Below, piece by piece: positions 62,125 to 64,000 of a stretch of 64,000 nt of DNA. Source of the DNA: Antechinus flavipes (lineage: Eukaryota). Location of the stretch: NCBI RefSeq assembly GCF_016432865.1, contig NC_067402.1:33108001-33172000 (forward strand). The letters are read 5' to 3'. The notes beneath the pieces were generated by a model. The model saw only the letters and a list, made by a program, of their open reading frames with translations. It was not told the origin of the DNA and ran no database searches. Positions within the stretch are counted from its first letter, which is position 1; each line of letters starts with the position of its first letter. A program made the translations under genes and the position numbers.

Positions 62125-62646
62125 TAGGGTTTTTAAAAAAATGTTTTTTCCTATATATTCTGAAAAAAAATTTATATATCTACATATAATATTGGTATTT
62201 ATTCTGAATGTGTCATATACTATAGTATTTTCAGAATAAATACAAAATAATGTATATGTATATATATATATATATTATATAGCAACATATAAAATATCTT
62301 CAATAATAAATACAGATGATATAAACTAAATTTTAACCCTGGACAGGAAACAGTCTATTTAATTCTAGGAAATTCTATGGGGTTTTAAATTTTTTTTTTA
62401 TTCTGTATTATTCTGAGGAAATTTTCATAGCTACATATAATAGTGGTATTTATTTTGAGGGTATCATATTTCTACAGTATTGTCAGAATAAATACAAAAT
62501 AATATATGTGTGTGTGTGCATGTGTGTGTAAATGTGTGTGTGTGTGTATGTCAACATGTAAAATATCTTCAATAATAAATACAAATGATACAAACTAAAT
62601 CCTAATCCTGGACAGGATGCAGTCTATTGGTATTCTAAGCAATTCT
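62125..62646. repeat. Diverged head-to-tail tandem duplication, ~252-bp unit, with internal microsatellite
   Basis: Copy A ~62125-62377 and copy B 62378-62646 share tcagaataaatacaaaataat, aaaatatcttcaataataaatac and cctggacagga. Confidence 0.92.
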
Positions 62647-62874
62647 CAATGACTGTAAACTGCAGAGACTATGCTAGCCTTTATTGGTAGAAAGATTTCC
62701 CTCATCTGGGAATTCCTGAGATGAATGAAATCATAGGTTCACATTCTGTTCTCACATTTCTAGGTAAATGTTATCTCCTTGTTGAAGATGACTCTAAAGC
62801 CATCATCTTAGTTCACTTTTAATGTTGGGGCACTAGTTCTTAAGAACCAACGAAATGTTAAAAGACAAATTTGT

Positions 62875-63595
62875 GAACTGATTCAACCATTTTGAAGAGC
62901 AATCTGGAATTATGACCAAAGAGTTATATACTTGCATATACCCTTTAATCCAGCAATAACACTATTAGGTCTGTTTTCTAACGTGATCAAGGAAAAAGGA
63001 AAGGAATCTATATGTTTTAACATATTTCTAATAGCTCTCTTTGTGGTGGCAAAGAACTGCAAATAAAGGGGATGTCCATCAATCAGAGAATGGCTGAACA
63101 AGTTGTGCTATAAGTTTGTGAGGGACTACTACTATGCTGTAAGAAATGATGAGAAGGTTGATTTTTAGGAAAAAACATGGAAAGTTTTGCATGAAATAAT
63201 GAAGAGTGAAGTTAACAGAAGGAAAGGAATATTATATATAGTTCAAAAATTGTTCAAAAATATTGCTCAAAAATAACTGTGAATGACCAATCTATTCTAT
63301 TATGAATATTTGATTCAACAACAAAGGACCTATGAAAGAAGAATGCTATCCACTTCTAGAGAAAGAATTGAAAAGCAAAAGTATGCATAGTATGATTTTA
63401 CATATGTATATATATACATGTACACACATATATACACAAATCTATATGTATATCCATGTGTGTACATACATATAAATACATCAAATCAGGGGCTTCTTTA
63501 GAGTGGGATGGTAGGGAGAGGAGGCAGTGAGACAGTACAGAATTTAACATGTAACAAAAAATTAAATCAAATTAAACCTTAAAAAAAAAAAGACA
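62875..63595 (+). mobile_element. Old, diverged L1 3' fragment
   Basis: caaccattttgaagagcaatctggaattatg…ggatgtccatcaatcagagaatggctgaacaag… is the decayed ORF2 C-terminus; it ends in poly(A) near 63580-63592. Confidence 0.85.
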
Positions 63596-63801
63596 AAAGA
63601 CACAATGCACATTGACAGAGAAGCCTGAAATAGGACTTGTTATTTTAGAAGTTGTACTCTCCCAGGAGGATGATCCTTAAATCTCCTGGGAGAATAAAAC
63701 AGTTTTCTAGATTGCTCAATAAATATTATTACAGAGTTTTTTTCAATTCTATACAGTTCTAAACAGGCCAGGCTTGGGTCCACCCTCTTATTAGTGGCTG
63801 T

Positions 63802-63950
63802 CTTTTGTTTTTTATTAAAGCTTTTTACTTTCAAAACATATGCATGGATAATTTTCAATATTCACCCTTGTAAAACTTTGTATTCCAAATTTTTCCCCAC
63901 TTCCTCCTATTCCCTCCCCTAGATATCAAGCAATCCAATGTTAAACATTT
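63802..63950 (-). mobile_element. L1 3'UTR tip
   Basis: aaaacatatgcatggataattttcaatattcacccttgtaaaac…ccctcccctagat is the same 3'UTR terminus as the other L1 copies. Confidence 0.8.
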
Positions 63951-63965
63951 GCATTATTTTTTCAT

Positions 63966-64000
<35 letters not shown>
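63966..64000. repeat. (GATA)n tetranucleotide repeat, open at the window edge
   Basis: Read directly. Confidence 0.98.

Noticed and set aside
63658-63693. 11-bp stem with 14-nt loop (TCTCCCAGGAG/CTCCTGGGAGA)
   Set aside because: A stem this short with a variable loop is expected by chance about once in a window of this size.

Overview
This is non-coding, AT-rich marsupial genomic DNA, most likely from a dasyurid such as the Tasmanian devil. That assignment is inferred from WSINE1-type SINEs, MAR1 SINEs, RTE fragments and a young L1 resembling dasyurid L1 as I recall it; it was not checked against a database. The draft assembly has six N gaps. I recognise no host protein-coding gene, tRNA, rRNA or snoRNA. 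The only identifiable proteins are retroelement fossils: the L1 ORF2 C-terminus and the RTE C-terminal zinc-finger region. Much of the window is layered repeats: ancient L2, CR1/L3 and MIR/MIR3, marsupial CORE-SINEs, hAT MITEs, and younger L1 and WSINE1 copies. Four L1/WSINE1 insertions have readable target-site duplications, three of them nested inside L2. The structure not explained by repeats is: (i) an old ~320-bp duplication, 1.64 kb apart, in which both copies keep a TATA-like motif, a PBX-type motif, a consensus splice donor and an identical 31-bp block; (ii) a TATA box followed by twin splice donors at 20.6-20.7 kb; (iii) a 3x101-bp triplication of an RTE 3' end; (iv) several other local tandem duplications and a perfect 18-bp hairpin; (v) CpG-retaining, repeat-free islands, two with optimal STAT (GAS) sites. 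All regulatory and exon calls are hypotheses. Repeat family names are from memory and repeat boundaries are approximate (about +/-20 bp) unless a TSD is given. I found no convincing evidence of a new multi-gene system.
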